A stretch of DNA of 64,000 nucleotides, taken from Octopus vulgaris (taxonomy: Eukaryota). Location of the stretch: positions 32,302,001-32,366,000 of the forward strand of contig OX597834.1 of the NCBI GenBank assembly GCA_951406725.2, written 5' to 3'. Below are positions 12,547-26,238 of this stretch, piece after piece. Numbering within the stretch: position 1 is the first letter of the stretch; each line of letters begins with the position of its first letter. The position numbers and the translations under genes were made by a program. The notes below the pieces were generated by a model. The model did not search any database and had not been told where the DNA came from. It saw only the letters and a list, made by a program, of their open reading frames with translations.

Positions 12547-12797
12547 ATGATGATGATGATGATGATGATGATGATCATCATCATCATCATCACCATCATC
12601 ATCATCGTCATCATCACCATCATCATCATCATCATCATCACCATCATCATCATCGTCGTCATCACCATCATCATCATCATCATCATCACCATCATCATCA
12701 TCGTCGTCATCACCATCATCATCATCGTCATCATCACCATCATCATCATCATCATCATCATCATCACCATCATCATCATCGTCGTCGTCGTCGTCGT
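12547..12797. repeat. (GAT)n/(CAT)n trinucleotide array with periodic CAC/CGT variants; likely expanded tail of the adjacent RTE-related element
   Basis: Runs directly into CGTTTAACATCCGCTTTCTATGCTGGCATGGGTTGG. Confidence 0.85.
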
Positions 12798-13215
12798 TTA
12801 ACATCCGCTTTCTATGCTGGCATGGGTTGGATGGTTTGACTGTGGACCAGCAAACCAGGAGGCTCTGTTCTGGGCTCCAATTTGATCTGGCAAAGTTTCT
12901 ACAGCTGGATGTTCAAATGGTGTTTTGGGAGCCAGTCAGGTGGGACTGGCATCAACTATGCTCAAATGGTGCTTTTTGCATGCCACAGGTACTGGCATTG
13001 GCCACGTTTGAATGATGCTTTTTATGTGCCACTGGCACAGGAGCCAGTCAGGCGGCACTGTTTATCTTGATATGAGATCGCCATGCCACGCACATATGGT
13101 TGTGATGCACGTGCCTGGTGTACCCTTATCAGACGGGTAGTTATGATGGGTATACTGGGCTTCATATATTTGTACCCCAGTGTCACTTTGATGGCATGCA
13201 CTGCTCTCTCACTCA
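12790..13215 (-). mobile_element. RTE-related 3' end fragments
   Basis: Same 3' tail as the RTE remnant at 44812-45346. Confidence 0.6.
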
Positions 13216-13241
13216 ATAATAATAATGATGATGATGATGAT

Positions 13242-13286
<45 letters not shown>

Positions 13287-13659
13287 AATAATAATAATAA
13301 CTCACATCCTGATAAGAAATTTGTATTGACAGTAACAACAACAACAACAACAACAGCGACAATTATAACAATGCACAATACAGGCCAATGAAAGAGCTTT
13401 TTATGGTTGCTTGACCTGCTGGAAATAACAGCTAGATCTATAACAGGCTACACCCTACTGTCTTAAGGTTGGCTCCATTGGATAATGTAGTCCAAGGTTC
13501 CCTGTGCCTGATAAACAAGATGTGAAATGAATTTGATCATCGTTCTGCAGGATCACGGCTGACCTTGGGCTAAACAACAAGAAAAACAAAACTAAAAGAA
13601 CAAGTAAAAGAATAACAACAATAACAACAACAACATCAACAACAACTGGCACTTCATTC

Positions 13660-13970
13660 GTTACGGTGACGAGGGTTCCAGTAGATCTGATTAATGAAAC
13701 AGCCTGCAGGTGAAATTAACATGCAAGTGGCTGAGTACTCCACAGACGTAAGTACCCTTAATGTAGTTCTCAGGGAGATTCAGCATGACACAGAGTGTGA
13801 CGAGGCTGTCCCCTTTTGAATTACAGGTACAACTCATTTTTGCCAGTTGAGTGGACTGGAGCAATGTGAAGTAAAGTGCTTTGCCCAAGGACACAATGCT
13901 TCTCCAGGAATTGAATTCATGACCTAATGATCTTGAGCTGATTGCCCTAACCACTGAGCCACACACCTTC
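13660..13970 (-). mobile_element. SINE family D (tRNA-headed, CORE-like)
   Basis: Shares AGYTGAGTGGACTGGAGCAAyGTGAAnTnAAGTG with copies near 26445, 27700, 39385, 47958 and 54220. Confidence 0.75.
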
Positions 13971-14077
13971 ACTATCAACGCCGACATCAACAACATCAAG
14001 ACAAGCAACAATAACAACTGTAACAACAACCATAACAACTACAATTATAATAATAACAACAACAATAACAAACAACA

Positions 14078-14435
14078 GGAGGCGCAATGGCCCAATGGTT
14101 AGGGCAGTGGTCGCGGTCGGAGGATCGCGGTTTCAATTCCCAGACCGGGCATTGTGTGTGTTTATTGAGCAAAAACACCTAAAGCCACGCGAGGCCGCGG
14201 CAGGGGGTGGTAGCAACCCCTGTTGCACTCTTTCGCTCCAACTTTCTCTCACTCTTTCTTCCTGTTTTTTGTTCCCGACTTCCTACACAACCGCTGAGCC
14301 TGGATGCGCATTCATCCATCCGTCGATGCTCTCGGTGTCGGGGGTTGACCTGCATTCTCTTCTGCGAGTCTTACGAATAGCAAAGGATCACGTTTGGGAC
14401 TACTCCCACTCTGGGACGAAGACTGCTTCGCTCAA
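14078..14435 (+). mobile_element. SINE family C (tRNA-derived)
   Basis: GGAGGCGCAATGGCCCAATGGTTAGGGC head with A and B boxes; inverted sister copy at 26990-27356. Confidence 0.85.
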
Positions 14436-14997
14436 CAGCAACATCAGCAGCAGCAGCAGTAACAGCGATAACAACAATAACAATTATAATAGCAACAACA
14501 ACAAACAACATAATACAAATTATCTTCTTAACTGTAGAACTATAAAAATTGCAATCAATCAATCAATACGATCAATACTAATCATGTTTCTTTTCTCTTC
14601 TTGTTTGTTACTCTCTCTCTCTCCTTCATTCTTTTCCTCTCTTTCTTTCTCTCCCTCTCTCTCTCTCTCACACAAATACATACAAAGCACACACATTCTC
14701 TCTCTCTCTTCCTTCCTGTCTTTTATTACGATATTGGATGTGTCAAGAGAAAGGGGCTGTGTCCCTGATCTTCGCAGACCCTTTCAGACCAGAGAGACCA
14801 AACATGATGTCATTAATACTAATCACCCATTGAAAGACATTGCCAACCTTCTGTTTTTTTAAATAATTAGAAACAGAAGGAGAGTCAGTGCTTGTCCATA
14901 ACCATTTTTCTAGGCCATTTTACTAATAAAATTAATGATTGACTATTTCAATGTTTGAACCATCTACCAGTTCATCAATATGCTTCATAACACACGC

Positions 14998-15046
<49 letters not shown>

Positions 15047-15745
15047 GACTTCAGCTCTTCTCTTCATTCTTGTGGCATAGAGAGGTGACCAGTGATAAAA
15101 AATGGGTCCACTACCAAAATGTTAAGAGTCCTGGACACTGGCTTGGTGAGGGGGAAAAGGGCCCAACCACAACCAGAATGGGAACTCCATGTGAAAAAGG
15201 CTCTTCTCTCTGTTCGATGGGATTCCAAAGGAGGCATTCACTTTGAGTTGCTACCAACTAATGCAACAATCAATGCTCGTATCTACTGTCAGCAATTAGA
15301 GCTTTTGTATGCTACTTTGAAGAAAAAAAAAGTCTTGCTTTAGTGAACTGAGAGGGAGTGCTGTTTCGTCAGGACAAAGCAAGACCCCCACACTGCAAAG
15401 ATCACATTACTGAAGATCAAGGAACTTGACTAGGAAAAAAATTGTTCAACCACATTATTCCCCAGCCCTTGCTCCTTCTGATTACCATTTGTTCCGTAGT
15501 TTACAGAATCTTTTGGATAGATTAACTCTCAAAACAACTGAGTAAGTCGAAACTAACCTTTTAGAGTTCTTCTCTTCGAAACCGAAATATTTCACTAATG
15601 GGATTAAAAAGCTTACGAGTAGATGGAAAGATGCCATAGATAATCATGGAAACTATATTGATGATTAAGTTTCATTAAAATATAAGATTCGATTGCTTGC
15701 TTTCCTTATTTAAAATCTGGACATTACTTATGGGATGATCTGATA
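15047..15745 (+). mobile_element. Second mariner fossil (mellifera-like), 5'-truncated, with right TIR
   Basis: VTSDKKWVHYQN, KKALLSVRWD..GIHFELL, LFRQDKARP and YSPALAPSDYHLFRSLQN; ends ATTACTTATGGGATGATCTGATA. Confidence 0.88.
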
Positions 15746-16084
15746 CCAAATCCACTCACAAGGCTTTGGCTGACCCATGGCTATAGTAGAATATGCTTGC
15801 CCAAGGTGTCATGCAGTGGGACTGAACCTAAAAGTATATGTTTGGGAGCAAGCTTCTTACCACACAGACACACTTGCACCTGTGTGTGTGTGTGTGTGTT
15901 ATATATGTATATGATGTCAAAATAAAAAAAGTAGGTGAGGTAAAAAAACACACACAAAATGTATTAGGTTTATGCTTAGGGAAAATAGCAAGAAAAGTCT
16001 TTTACGTTTCAAGAATTTGCTTTCTCACAGACAAGAAAAATGGAGAGAGAAAAAGATCAAACTTCTCTGAATTAGAGAGTCACC

Positions 16085-16532
16085 ACACTGTAAAGTGGCT
16101 AAGGTTTGGTGGAAGATTTCAATTCAAAACTTATGAAAACAAGCCATTTGTACTACAGAGCCAGAGGCAGTTTCAGCGGGGTTGGTATTGAAAGGGTTAA
16201 ACCAGAAAGATTGTGTCATAGAACTAAGAGTGATGGTCGCAGATGGGTTGGTATCAAAAGGGTAAAAAAAAAATTTGTCCTGCATTTCAAAGAAATACTT
16301 AACCCTTTTCTTACCAAATTTCTGTTGGAATAATTTCGTTTCATTTCAATTAATTTTGAAAATAACAAAGAATTTCGTAAAATAATTTTATCGTTAATTA
16401 AACAGGTGTTTGAAGCATAAATTATCATTGATGGAATCTTGATGGAAGCTTTGAATTCAGATCATTTTAAAACAAGGGGTTTGCATCACAGAACGAGGAG
16501 TGGTAGTCTCAAGTGGATTGGCATCAAAAGGG
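16085..16532. mobile_element. Cluster of piggyBac-type non-autonomous elements (one near-complete at 16303-16532)
   Basis: TTAA-CCCTTT...AAAGGG ends; homologous to 32881-33100. Confidence 0.7.
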
Positions 16533-16763
16533 TCAAAGCACTGGCCAGTTGTGGCCAGAGTAAACATTTTTCTACACTGGACTCATTGATAAATCATCCT
16601 GACATCAATGGATGGTGATTGTCCAGTATCAGGTGGACAGCTGACCATCGGTCGCTGATATAGGTTTATTCAATATATTGACCATTCGCTTTATGGGGAC
16701 TGGTCACTCACAGTAAATACACACACAGATGTAGCAAATACACAATTACATTCACCACCACAA

Positions 16764-16796
<33 letters not shown>

Positions 16797-16882
16797 TAAT
16801 ATATAAAAAAACTTCAGTTCACATGCTTATACCACAACATGCATTTGCAGTGATGGTGGTGGTGGTGGTAGTGGTGTCAATA

Positions 16883-17115
16883 AGGTGGCGAGCTGGTAGA
16901 ATCGTTAGCACGCCGGGCAAAATGCGTAGCCGTATTTCGTCTGCCGTTACGTCCTGAGTTCAAATTCCGCCGAGGTCGACTTTGCCTTTCATCCTTTCAG
17001 GGTCGATAAATTAAGTACCAGTTTCGCACTGGGGTCGATGTCATCGACTTAATCCGTTTGTCTGTCCTTGTTTGTCCCCTCTGTGTTTAGCCCCTTGTGG
17101 GCAGTAAAGAAATAG
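16883..17115 (+). mobile_element. SINE family B
   Basis: Consensus match. Confidence 0.85.
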
Positions 17116-17659
17116 GTAGTGGTGTCAATACAAGTCCATGAGCATGCCTGTTTGTGAATATGCCTCTGTGGTTGTGTGTGTGTGCGTGCATGCCTACCTG
17201 TCTCTCTTGACATGATGTCATAATTGTCAAATAAATATATATGTATACATATTTATTTATATATACAGAAAATGTATATGTGCTTATGGATGGCCTTTTT
17301 TTGTCTCCCCACCGCCACCACCACCACCTATCACTGCATAACAACCAAATACTGTCCTTCATTCCAGTCTTCCATGAAAATATGTCAGGCTTTGGGGGAA
17401 ATATTAGCTTGCATGAAAATGGGTGAGGGTTGGCAACAGCAAGGGCATCCAGCCATAGGAAATCTGTCTCTGCAAAGCCCTTCCCACCCATGCAAGTATA
17501 CAATAGTGAACGTTAATACAATGATGGTGATTGGTGATACACAATACATATATTATGTACATATGTGTGTGTGTGTGTGAGTGTATACATATAAATATAC
17601 ATATATATGTATATATATATATGTATATATGTACATATGTATATATATATATATATATA

Positions 17660-17817
17660 CACTGTCACTTAGCGGTTCAGCAAAAGAGACCGATAGAATA
17701 AGTACTGGGCTTACAAAGAATAAGTCCCGGGGTCGATTTGCTCGACTAAAGGCGGTGCTCCAGCATGGCTGCAGTCAAATGACTGAAACAAGTAAAAGAG
17801 TAAAAGAGTAAAAGAGT
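17660..17817 (+). mobile_element. SINE family A, 3' part
   Basis: Body end plus (GTAAAAGA)3 tail. Confidence 0.8.
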
Positions 17818-17975
17818 ATATATATACACGTACATATTTATATATATATATATATATATATATTCACACACAAAATATATACATGTATATTCATACATAT
17901 ATGCATACATACATACATACATACATCACACACACACACATACACATACAAACATACATACATACGTACATATGT

Positions 17976-18054
<79 letters not shown>

Positions 18055-18055
<1 letters not shown>

Positions 18056-18310
18056 TTTATTTGTAAATTAAGGCTACCATTGGTTTCATGTTAAGAAGAG
18101 TGAAAAATATTCAAGTATCTTAACAATTTTTCAAACCAATCACAGAGGCGAACACCTTTCTCTGGGTGATTGGCTTGAGAATTGTTAAGATATTTGGATA
18201 TTTTCCCACTTTTCTTAACATGAAACCAATGATAGCCTTAATTCACAAATAAAGAAATTATTCATTCACCAATGCAATGTTGAGCACTCACTCCAACGTT
18301 CTACTTTTAC
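18055..18310. mobile_element. Penelope-like fragment with inverted duplication (~89-bp arms)
   Basis: Arms 18055-18143 and 18166-18254; 3' TGAGCACTC..CCAAC..TTTTAC end resembles other PLE-like fragments here. Confidence 0.5.
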
Positions 18311-18328
18311 ATATATATACATATATAT

Positions 18329-18489
18329 GTGGCTGTGTGGTAAGTAGCTTGCTAACCAACCACATGGTTCTGGGTTCAGTCCCACTGCGTGGCAACTTGG
18401 GCAAGTGTTTTCTGATATAGCCCCGGCCAACCAATGCCTTGTGAGTGAATTTGGTTGACAGAAACTGAAAGAAGCCCGTCGTATATATG

Positions 18490-18528
<39 letters not shown>

Positions 18529-18735
18529 TTGTATGTCTGTGTTTGTCCCCCTAGCATTGCTTGCCAACCGATGCTGGTGTGTTTACATCCCCGTCACTAA
18601 GCGGTTCGGCAAAAAAAAACCGATAGAATAAGTACTGGGCTTACAAAGAATAAGTCCCGGGGTTGATTTGCTCAACTAAAGGCGGTACTCCAGCATGGTC
18701 GCAGTCAAATGACTGAAACAAGTAAAAGAATATAA
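18329..18735 (+). mobile_element. SINE family A
   Basis: Consensus match. Confidence 0.88.
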
Positions 18736-19080
18736 GAATATATATATATATATATATGTACACTTATACCCATTCAAGTCCACTCGTGCAGATGAACACA
18801 CATCTACAAGCCTCCACATGCCACATAAATTCACGCACACACACACACACACACACATATGCATGCACACGCGCGCACACACACACATGCACAGAGGACA
18901 GTGTATTGGATTACATGCAAGCATCTATGATAAGCCTCTGGCGTTCTTTCTCCTCCCCCTCCTCCCCCCACCACCACCTGTTCTCTACTAAACTTGTTTA
19001 CAGTTCATTTAACATTTACTGACATTTCATTGCTCCAGCACAACAACACTGACACCCACTCCCACCCCATCCTTCCACTC

Positions 19081-19202
<122 letters not shown>

Positions 19203-19451
19203 CATTTTTATATATATATTTTTTATATATATTTTTTATTTTTTTATTTTTTTATTTTTTTATTTTTTTATTTTTTTTATTTTTTTATTTATTTTTTTAT
19301 TTATCTATTCTTTCATCTAACTTACCACTGACTCCTTGACCACTCCCCCAAGTATGATATTTTGCGCTATGCCTACCCCCAAAAAAGTCCCCCACCACCA
19401 CTCCTTTAAACCTGCCTAAATGTATAAATGCTAATACAATTCTTGTTAAAT

Positions 19452-19502
19452 AGCTTCCTGAAGATTTCTCTTGAATGAAACAGTACTAGTCCTGTAGAAG
19501 CT
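19452..19502 (+). ncRNA. Type I hammerhead-ribozyme-like motif in a Penelope-like fragment
   Basis: AGCTTC-CTGAAGA-[T TTC TCTT GAA T]-GAAA-CAG..CTG-TA-GAAGCT. Confidence 0.65.
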
Positions 19503-19799
19503 CCTTCTATATAATAAATTAATTTTACTCTGCTATGTATTGAGTACCTTACTTACTGTGGTTAACCCCGAATCAACCCGGGACCTACATATATATATAT
19601 ATATATATATACATATATATATAATGTATGTATGTATACCTCCCCCCACACACACACGTGCATACAGATATACATCATCATCATTTGATGTTTGATCAGC
19701 CAGTGTATCCGCATACATGTGTGTAATGTATGTATACACACAAACACACATATATATATATCATCCTCATCATCACCATTTAATGTTTGGTCAGCCCCT

Positions 19800-20477
19800 G
19801 CATGTATGTATGTATGCATGTATGTATGTATGCATGTATGTATGTATGTATGTATGTATGTATGTATGTATGTATGTATGTATGTATGTATGTATGTATG
19901 TATGTATGTATGTATGTATGTATGTATGCATGTATGCATATGTATGTACGTATGTATGTGTGTATGTGTGTATGTATATATGTTTGTATGTATGTATGTA
20001 TGTATGTATGTTTGTATGTATATGTGTGTGTGTGTATGTGTGTGTGATGCAAATTGATAATGTGCACATGCACGCACACACATGCATATAAACATATGGA
20101 TATGTAAATGTGTGCGAGTGTGTATTGTAGTGGTTAAGTGACAGATAAGAACCAACACTTAGAGATAAAAGGACTCAATACCTGTGACAAAGTGGAATAT
20201 ATTATATGAAGGTGTTCACAGAGACTTCAAGTTTTGTCTTTTGAGTTATTTACATGCATATACAGGCATTCATGCATACATACACTCATACGTACGTACA
20301 TACATGCATACATACACACATGCATACATACATACATGCATACATACAGGCATGCATGCATACATATATACATACATACATACATACATATATGCATGAA
20401 TTCATGCATACATACATACATACATACGTACGTACGTACATACATACATATATACACACGTACATACATACACACAC

Positions 20478-20508
<31 letters not shown>

Positions 20509-20755
20509 CAGACACACATACATGCAAGCATGCATACATACATACATACCATACATACATACATACATACATACATACACACATACATGCAAGCATACAT
20601 ACACATATGCAAGCATACATACATACATATATGCATATGTATTCATACATACATACATATACATATATATATGCATACATACATACATGTATATGCGTGT
20701 GTGTGCTTCTCTGTGTGTGTTCCTCTGTGTGGATGTCTGTGTGTAAGTATGTGTA

Positions 20756-20809
<54 letters not shown>

Positions 20810-21349
20810 CCTGTGTTTGTCTGTGTGTGTGTTTGTGCATGTGTGCATACATATGCATTGGTAAACACAAATGCACATTCCACAGATATATTGTACTCTC
20901 CTCACTTTCTCTTCTCTCTCCCTCTCACTCACTCATTGCTTCTCTACCCCTCTCTCTCTCTCTCATTGATTTTTTCTCTCTTTCTCTCACTGCTTCTCTT
21001 TCCTTTTCTCTCACTGTTCACCCCCTCTCTCTTCCTTTTATTGTTTCACTCTCTCTCTCTCTCACTCTCTCTCTCTAGGTGTTTCTTTCTCCTTCTCTTT
21101 CACTGTTACCCTTTATACACAAGTATTCACCCCCCACCCACACTCACAAACTCATATACACATTGTTTACTATCTTACTCTCTCTCTCTCTCTTTGCCAC
21201 TCTTACTCACTGTTTCACTGTATCTCTCTCTCTCTCTTTCCCTCTCTGTCATCCTCTCTAACACATATGTCCACACACTCACACACACACACTTTTTGCT
21301 TATTATCTCTTTCTCTCCCATTGTCTCTTTTCAGTGCTCTTTCTCTCTT

Positions 21350-21386
<37 letters not shown>

Positions 21387-21443
21387 TTCACACACTCCTT
21401 ATTGACTATTTCTTGCTCTCCTAATGTCTCTCTTCATCACTTC

Positions 21444-21485
<42 letters not shown>

Positions 21486-21640
21486 TCTGCAAAGACATGC
21501 ACAAACACCTTGTCTTCTCTATATCTCTTTCTCTTCCCCCTTCTCCTTCATCCCCCTCTCTCTCTCTCACATACACCTACCTGTACACACATTTTTCTAT
21601 TTCCTTTTCTTTTCCTCCACCTTCCCCTCTCCCCTCCTAT

Positions 21641-21674
<34 letters not shown>

Positions 21675-21831
21675 ATACACAAACACACACACATACACAC
21701 ACACACACACACTCATACACACACACACACACACACACATTCATGCACAAACACACACCTGTGCATGAAGATGCACACATCACTGTCCCTCTTTCTTTCT
21801 CTTTCTCCTCCTTCGCCTCCATCTCTCTCTC

Positions 21832-21872
<41 letters not shown>

Positions 21873-21935
21873 CTCTCTCTCTTTTTCTCTCTCTCTTTCT
21901 CTTTCTCTCTCTTTCTCTCTCTCTCACTCTCTCTC
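19800..21935. repeat. Large block of (TATG)n, (CATA)n, (GT)n, (CT)n and (CA)n microsatellites
   Basis: Direct reading. Confidence 0.9.
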
Positions 21936-22489
21936 TGGCATTCCCCCATCCTCCCTCCCATCCTCATTATTTATCGTCTAGAACATGGTTTATCATTGCT
22001 CGCTTTCCTTTATTCATCCACATGGTTGGTCCCTGTCGCTTCCCGGACACGAGTCGGAAAATTAACCAATCTGAGAAATGTACAAACAGACAGATAAATA
22101 ACCCCACCCCCACCCAAACCCCAAACCCACGCTCTCATCTCACACACCCCACCCATCCACACACACACACACACACACATGCAAGCAATATATAAACTCT
22201 CACATATCAAGCAGCTGATACACAAATATACAAGGCAACAGCTGAGGACCCTCTGCGTGTTCTTCTCGACGTGCTAGAAATAGCAGCAAAGATCTCTTTT
22301 GAATTACATACACTGCATCCTGTCTTTAAGAAAAGTGGAAGGATCCGTCGGATAATGTTGTGCTGGTAACACTATGTCTCCAGGAAAAAAATGGGTTGGT
22401 CATGGCTGGAATGCCTTTGATCATAGGTCTTTTGGTCTTGGGTTGACCTAGGGCTAAATACTAAGGACAACAGTTAACAGTAATATCAT

Positions 22490-22969
22490 ACAAATACACA
22501 TAGATACACATAAATACATATACATATACACACACGCACACACATATATGTATACATATACACAAGCACAGATACATACACACATATATATATATATACA
22601 TAAATACAAAAATACATGCACACATACATATACATACATACAAATACACACATATACACAAACACTCATATATATATATACACTCATATATATATACATG
22701 CACACATTAACATACACATGCACAAATACATATACTGACACACACACACATACACATGCACATGCATATACACACATGCATTGACATACATGCATTAACA
22801 CACTAGCATACAGACACAGTGGCACACACACATACACACACACACACATACATACACACACACATACACACACATACATATATATATATACATAGAGCTG
22901 AACACAAGCACTGACAGACAGTCTGGCTCTCGCAGCCAGACAGATACTGAGTCAATACACTCTCTCTCC

Positions 22970-23001
<32 letters not shown>

Positions 23002-23545
23002 TGCACACACACACGCACACATACACACACACACATAATTACATACACATACTTACAGACACACACACACACATACACTGACACACAAACATACACTGAT
23101 GCACACACATCGATACATATAAATATGCACACATACAAACACACTCTGACATACACACACTGACACACATATTTATACATACACATACACACACATACAG
23201 ATACATAAACTAAGAAACACACACACATCGATACATATAAATACGCACATGCATATATGCATACTCACAAACACACACTGACATACACACATACATATAC
23301 TTACACACACTGACACACATACTTATACATACACATACACACACACACATACAGATACATAAACTAAGAAACACACACATATCAATACATATAAATACAC
23401 ACACACACATACATACTCACAAACACACTCTGACATACACTCACATACATATACTCACACACACTGACACACATACTTATACATACACATACACACATAT
23501 TCACACACACACATTCACACACACACACACACACACCCACACAAA
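22490..23545. repeat. CA/TA-rich degenerate microsatellite with internal larger duplications
   Basis: For example, CAGATACATAAACTAAGAAACAC occurs near 23197 and 23352. Confidence 0.85.
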
Positions 23546-23556
23546 GATAGGTAGAC

Positions 23557-23883
23557 ATGGCATCCATTGTGCGAATTACGGAGCTGAAACAAAAACCTTT
23601 ACAGGTAATCCTTTCGGGACAGAAACAGGATGAGACAATCGCAACAGAGAAGGAGAAAGAAAGAGCAAAAGAGAAAGAGAAAGAGAAGAAAGAGGGACCA
23701 GTAAGGGCTGCCAGTTGTAATACCAGCAAGACTGACCCACATGTGAGGGCAGTAAATCCACACCAAGATCATACCTGCCTGCAATCACAGGTGGGCCAGG
23801 TAGAAAGTTGTGAAAATAAGGAAAAATGTATCCGTGGGCCACATCGACCCCAAATCAATTCTGCTGATACTCCTAGAAGAATG
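23557..23883 (+). CDS. NSMF: Probable upstream (possibly first) coding exon of the NSMF-like gene, MASIVRITELKQKPLQ...TPRRM; 5' boundary uncertain
   Basis: 109 open codons of non-repeat sequence, ATG in gacATGG context, donor ATG|GTAAGA at 23884 in phase 0 matching the exon at 39152. No clear acceptor (upstream is CA repeat; possible weak acceptor ctttacag at 23604). Confidence 0.5.
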
Positions 23884-24524
23884 GTAAGACCCTTTTAAAC
23901 ATTCAAATTATTTAAAATACTCAAAACTGAAAGGTATAAAAGGAGAAAGGCTCTTGCCTTATGTTTCAGGCACCCGTAGCTTTTATGGGCTTTTCCATGA
24001 GTAACCCTTAAAGTGACTCCTTCATTTGAAAAAATTTTTACTCGTTATATTGTTTTATTGTTATCAAATGTTTACACAGGTGTCTTATTTTTTGCAAAAC
24101 CCTTTGTATATCGTCATGTGTTGCCCTTTAATGTTTTAAGTTATATTAGCCCTTTTGGCCAATAAAAGAATTAATTATTATTATCATGACACTCAACGCT
24201 GGCAGAGTTGTTAGCATGCCAGACAAAATGATTAGTAGCATTTTGAATGTTCTGAGTTCAAATTCCACTAAGGTTGACTTTGCCTTTCCTCCTTTCAGGG
24301 TTAATGAAGTAAGTACCAGTTGAATACTGGGGTCAATGTAATCAATGAGTCCCCTCCCCCAAATCTCAGGCCCTGGTTACTATCACAGCCTTTTAAAATT
24401 ACTCTTGATATTTGTATGGCTGGGTGGCTAAGAATCCCACTTTGTGGCCACAACGTTTGGGGTTCGGCCCCACAATTCAAGTATCATAAAAGCATGAAAC
24501 AGTTTGTAGCTCTTTCAATTATGT

Positions 24525-25088
24525 ATTAAATTAGGTGGCCAGATGTTAGGGGTGATATGGTTGCAGAAATCGTCTGACAGTTATGACTGGGTTATTCTGC
24601 TTGTGTGATATTGTGTTACCAAAATCCTGTTACCAGGGTCTTCCAGCAGCCACCCTCTTGAGCCAGCGGGAAGCACTACTTCCTCCGGCACTTGATGTAG
24701 GCCTCCATGTTGAGTCTCAGGGCATGTGGGAAGTAAAATGGAGGGATAACGTGTCGCCATCACTAGTGATCACTCTAAAGAGCATGATGTTGACAGGATG
24801 TTTGATTTTTATCACTCTCAGTACATGTCCCCAGATTGCATTGTCCTCAGGTTGACACCCAAATACTCTGAAATGTTCGTATTGGAGCTTCTGAGACAAA
24901 TGCCAACCAATACATCATGTCGTTTCCAAATTTCTGACAGAGTGAATTGCATCAAGATGCTGTTTTTCTCACAGACAGTGCCCAACTGACCCTACTATAC
25001 TGTGTAGTTAACAAAATCAAAAACAAACAATGTGTATGCACGAAATTAAAAACAGAAAATGGCAACAATTTATCCCTTGCATCCTGTA
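24525..25088 (-). mobile_element. Internally deleted DD37D/maT-like Tc1-mariner element
   Basis: Minus-strand N-terminus MQFTLSEIWKRHDVLVGI joined to KHPVNIMLFRVITSDGD..EEVVLP..HTSRITQS.LSDDFCNHITPNIWPPN; terminus TA-CAGGATGCAAGGGATAAATTG. Confidence 0.75.
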
Positions 25089-25359
25089 TATGTATATATA
25101 TATATATATATATATTCACGCACACACACACAAATATATATAAACAGTGACAAATATTGACTTCCCAGTGTTAGACAACAACACAAGAAACAAGGTAAAA
25201 GAATTTAAGTAGCATTCCGTCTCATTCTTTAGGAAAACGAAAAGAGGTTTTAATATTTTTATATATACATAGTGAAAAAGTATTTCCATCACTCCTGACC
25301 AATTTTTTTCTAACATTAATAATACACACACACATATATATATGTATATATAGCGGAGT

Positions 25360-25477
25360 AAACACATAAATGTGAAACAAGGTGGAAAAAAGAGTACTCA
25401 AATACCAGTGGTAGAGTAACATGAAGGTGAAACTCAGAGTAACAGGTTTTGTTGAATTTTCTGCTGCTTTAAATAAA

Positions 25478-25480
<3 letters not shown>
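25360..25480. mobile_element. Penelope-like terminal fragment with inversion and half a hammerhead motif
   Basis: GGTGGAAAAAAGAGTACTCAAATACC (also near 37460); GAAA-CTCAGAG-TA-ACAGG at 25429. Confidence 0.45.
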
Positions 25481-25514
<34 letters not shown>

Positions 25515-25635
25515 TATATATGTATGTATCTGCATAATGTATGTGTGTGTGTGTGTATCATCATCATCATCATTGTTTAACGTCCGCTTCCCATGCTGGC
25601 ATGGGTTGGACAGTTTGACTGAGGACTGATGAAGG

Positions 25636-25686
<51 letters not shown>

Positions 25687-25824
25687 TGGATGCATGTATG
25701 CATGGGGGAATGGATGGAGAGATATACATACACACTCATATATATACATGATAATGTATTTATATATACACAATACATATGTATATGTACATACATATAG
25801 TACATATATATATATATATATATA

Positions 25825-26238
25825 CTCTTTTACTCTTTACTCTTTTACTTGTTTCAGTCATTTGACTGCGGCCATGCTGGAGCACCGCCTTTAATCGAGC
25901 AACTCGACCCCGGGACTTATTCTTTTGTAAGCCCAGTACTTGTTCTATTGGTCTCTTTTGCCGAACCGCTAAGTAACGGGGACATAAACACACCAGCATC
26001 GGCTGTCAAGCAATGTTAGGGGGACAAACACAGACACACAAACACACCCAAGCATATATATATATACATATATACGATGGGCTTCTTTCAGTTTCCGTCT
26101 ACCAAATCCACTCACAAGGCTTTGGTCGGCCCGAAGCTATAGTAGAAGACACTTGCCCAAGATGCCACACAGTGGGACTGAACCCGGAACCATGTGGTTG
26201 GTAAACAAGCTACTTACCACACAGCCACTCCTGTGCCT
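25825..26238 (-). mobile_element. SINE family A, full length
   Basis: Consensus match. Confidence 0.9.

Noticed and set aside
14078-14150. tRNA gene
   Set aside because: The tRNA-like A and B boxes continue into a SINE body with a sister copy at 26990-27356; no complete cloverleaf. The same applies to the heads of families A and D.
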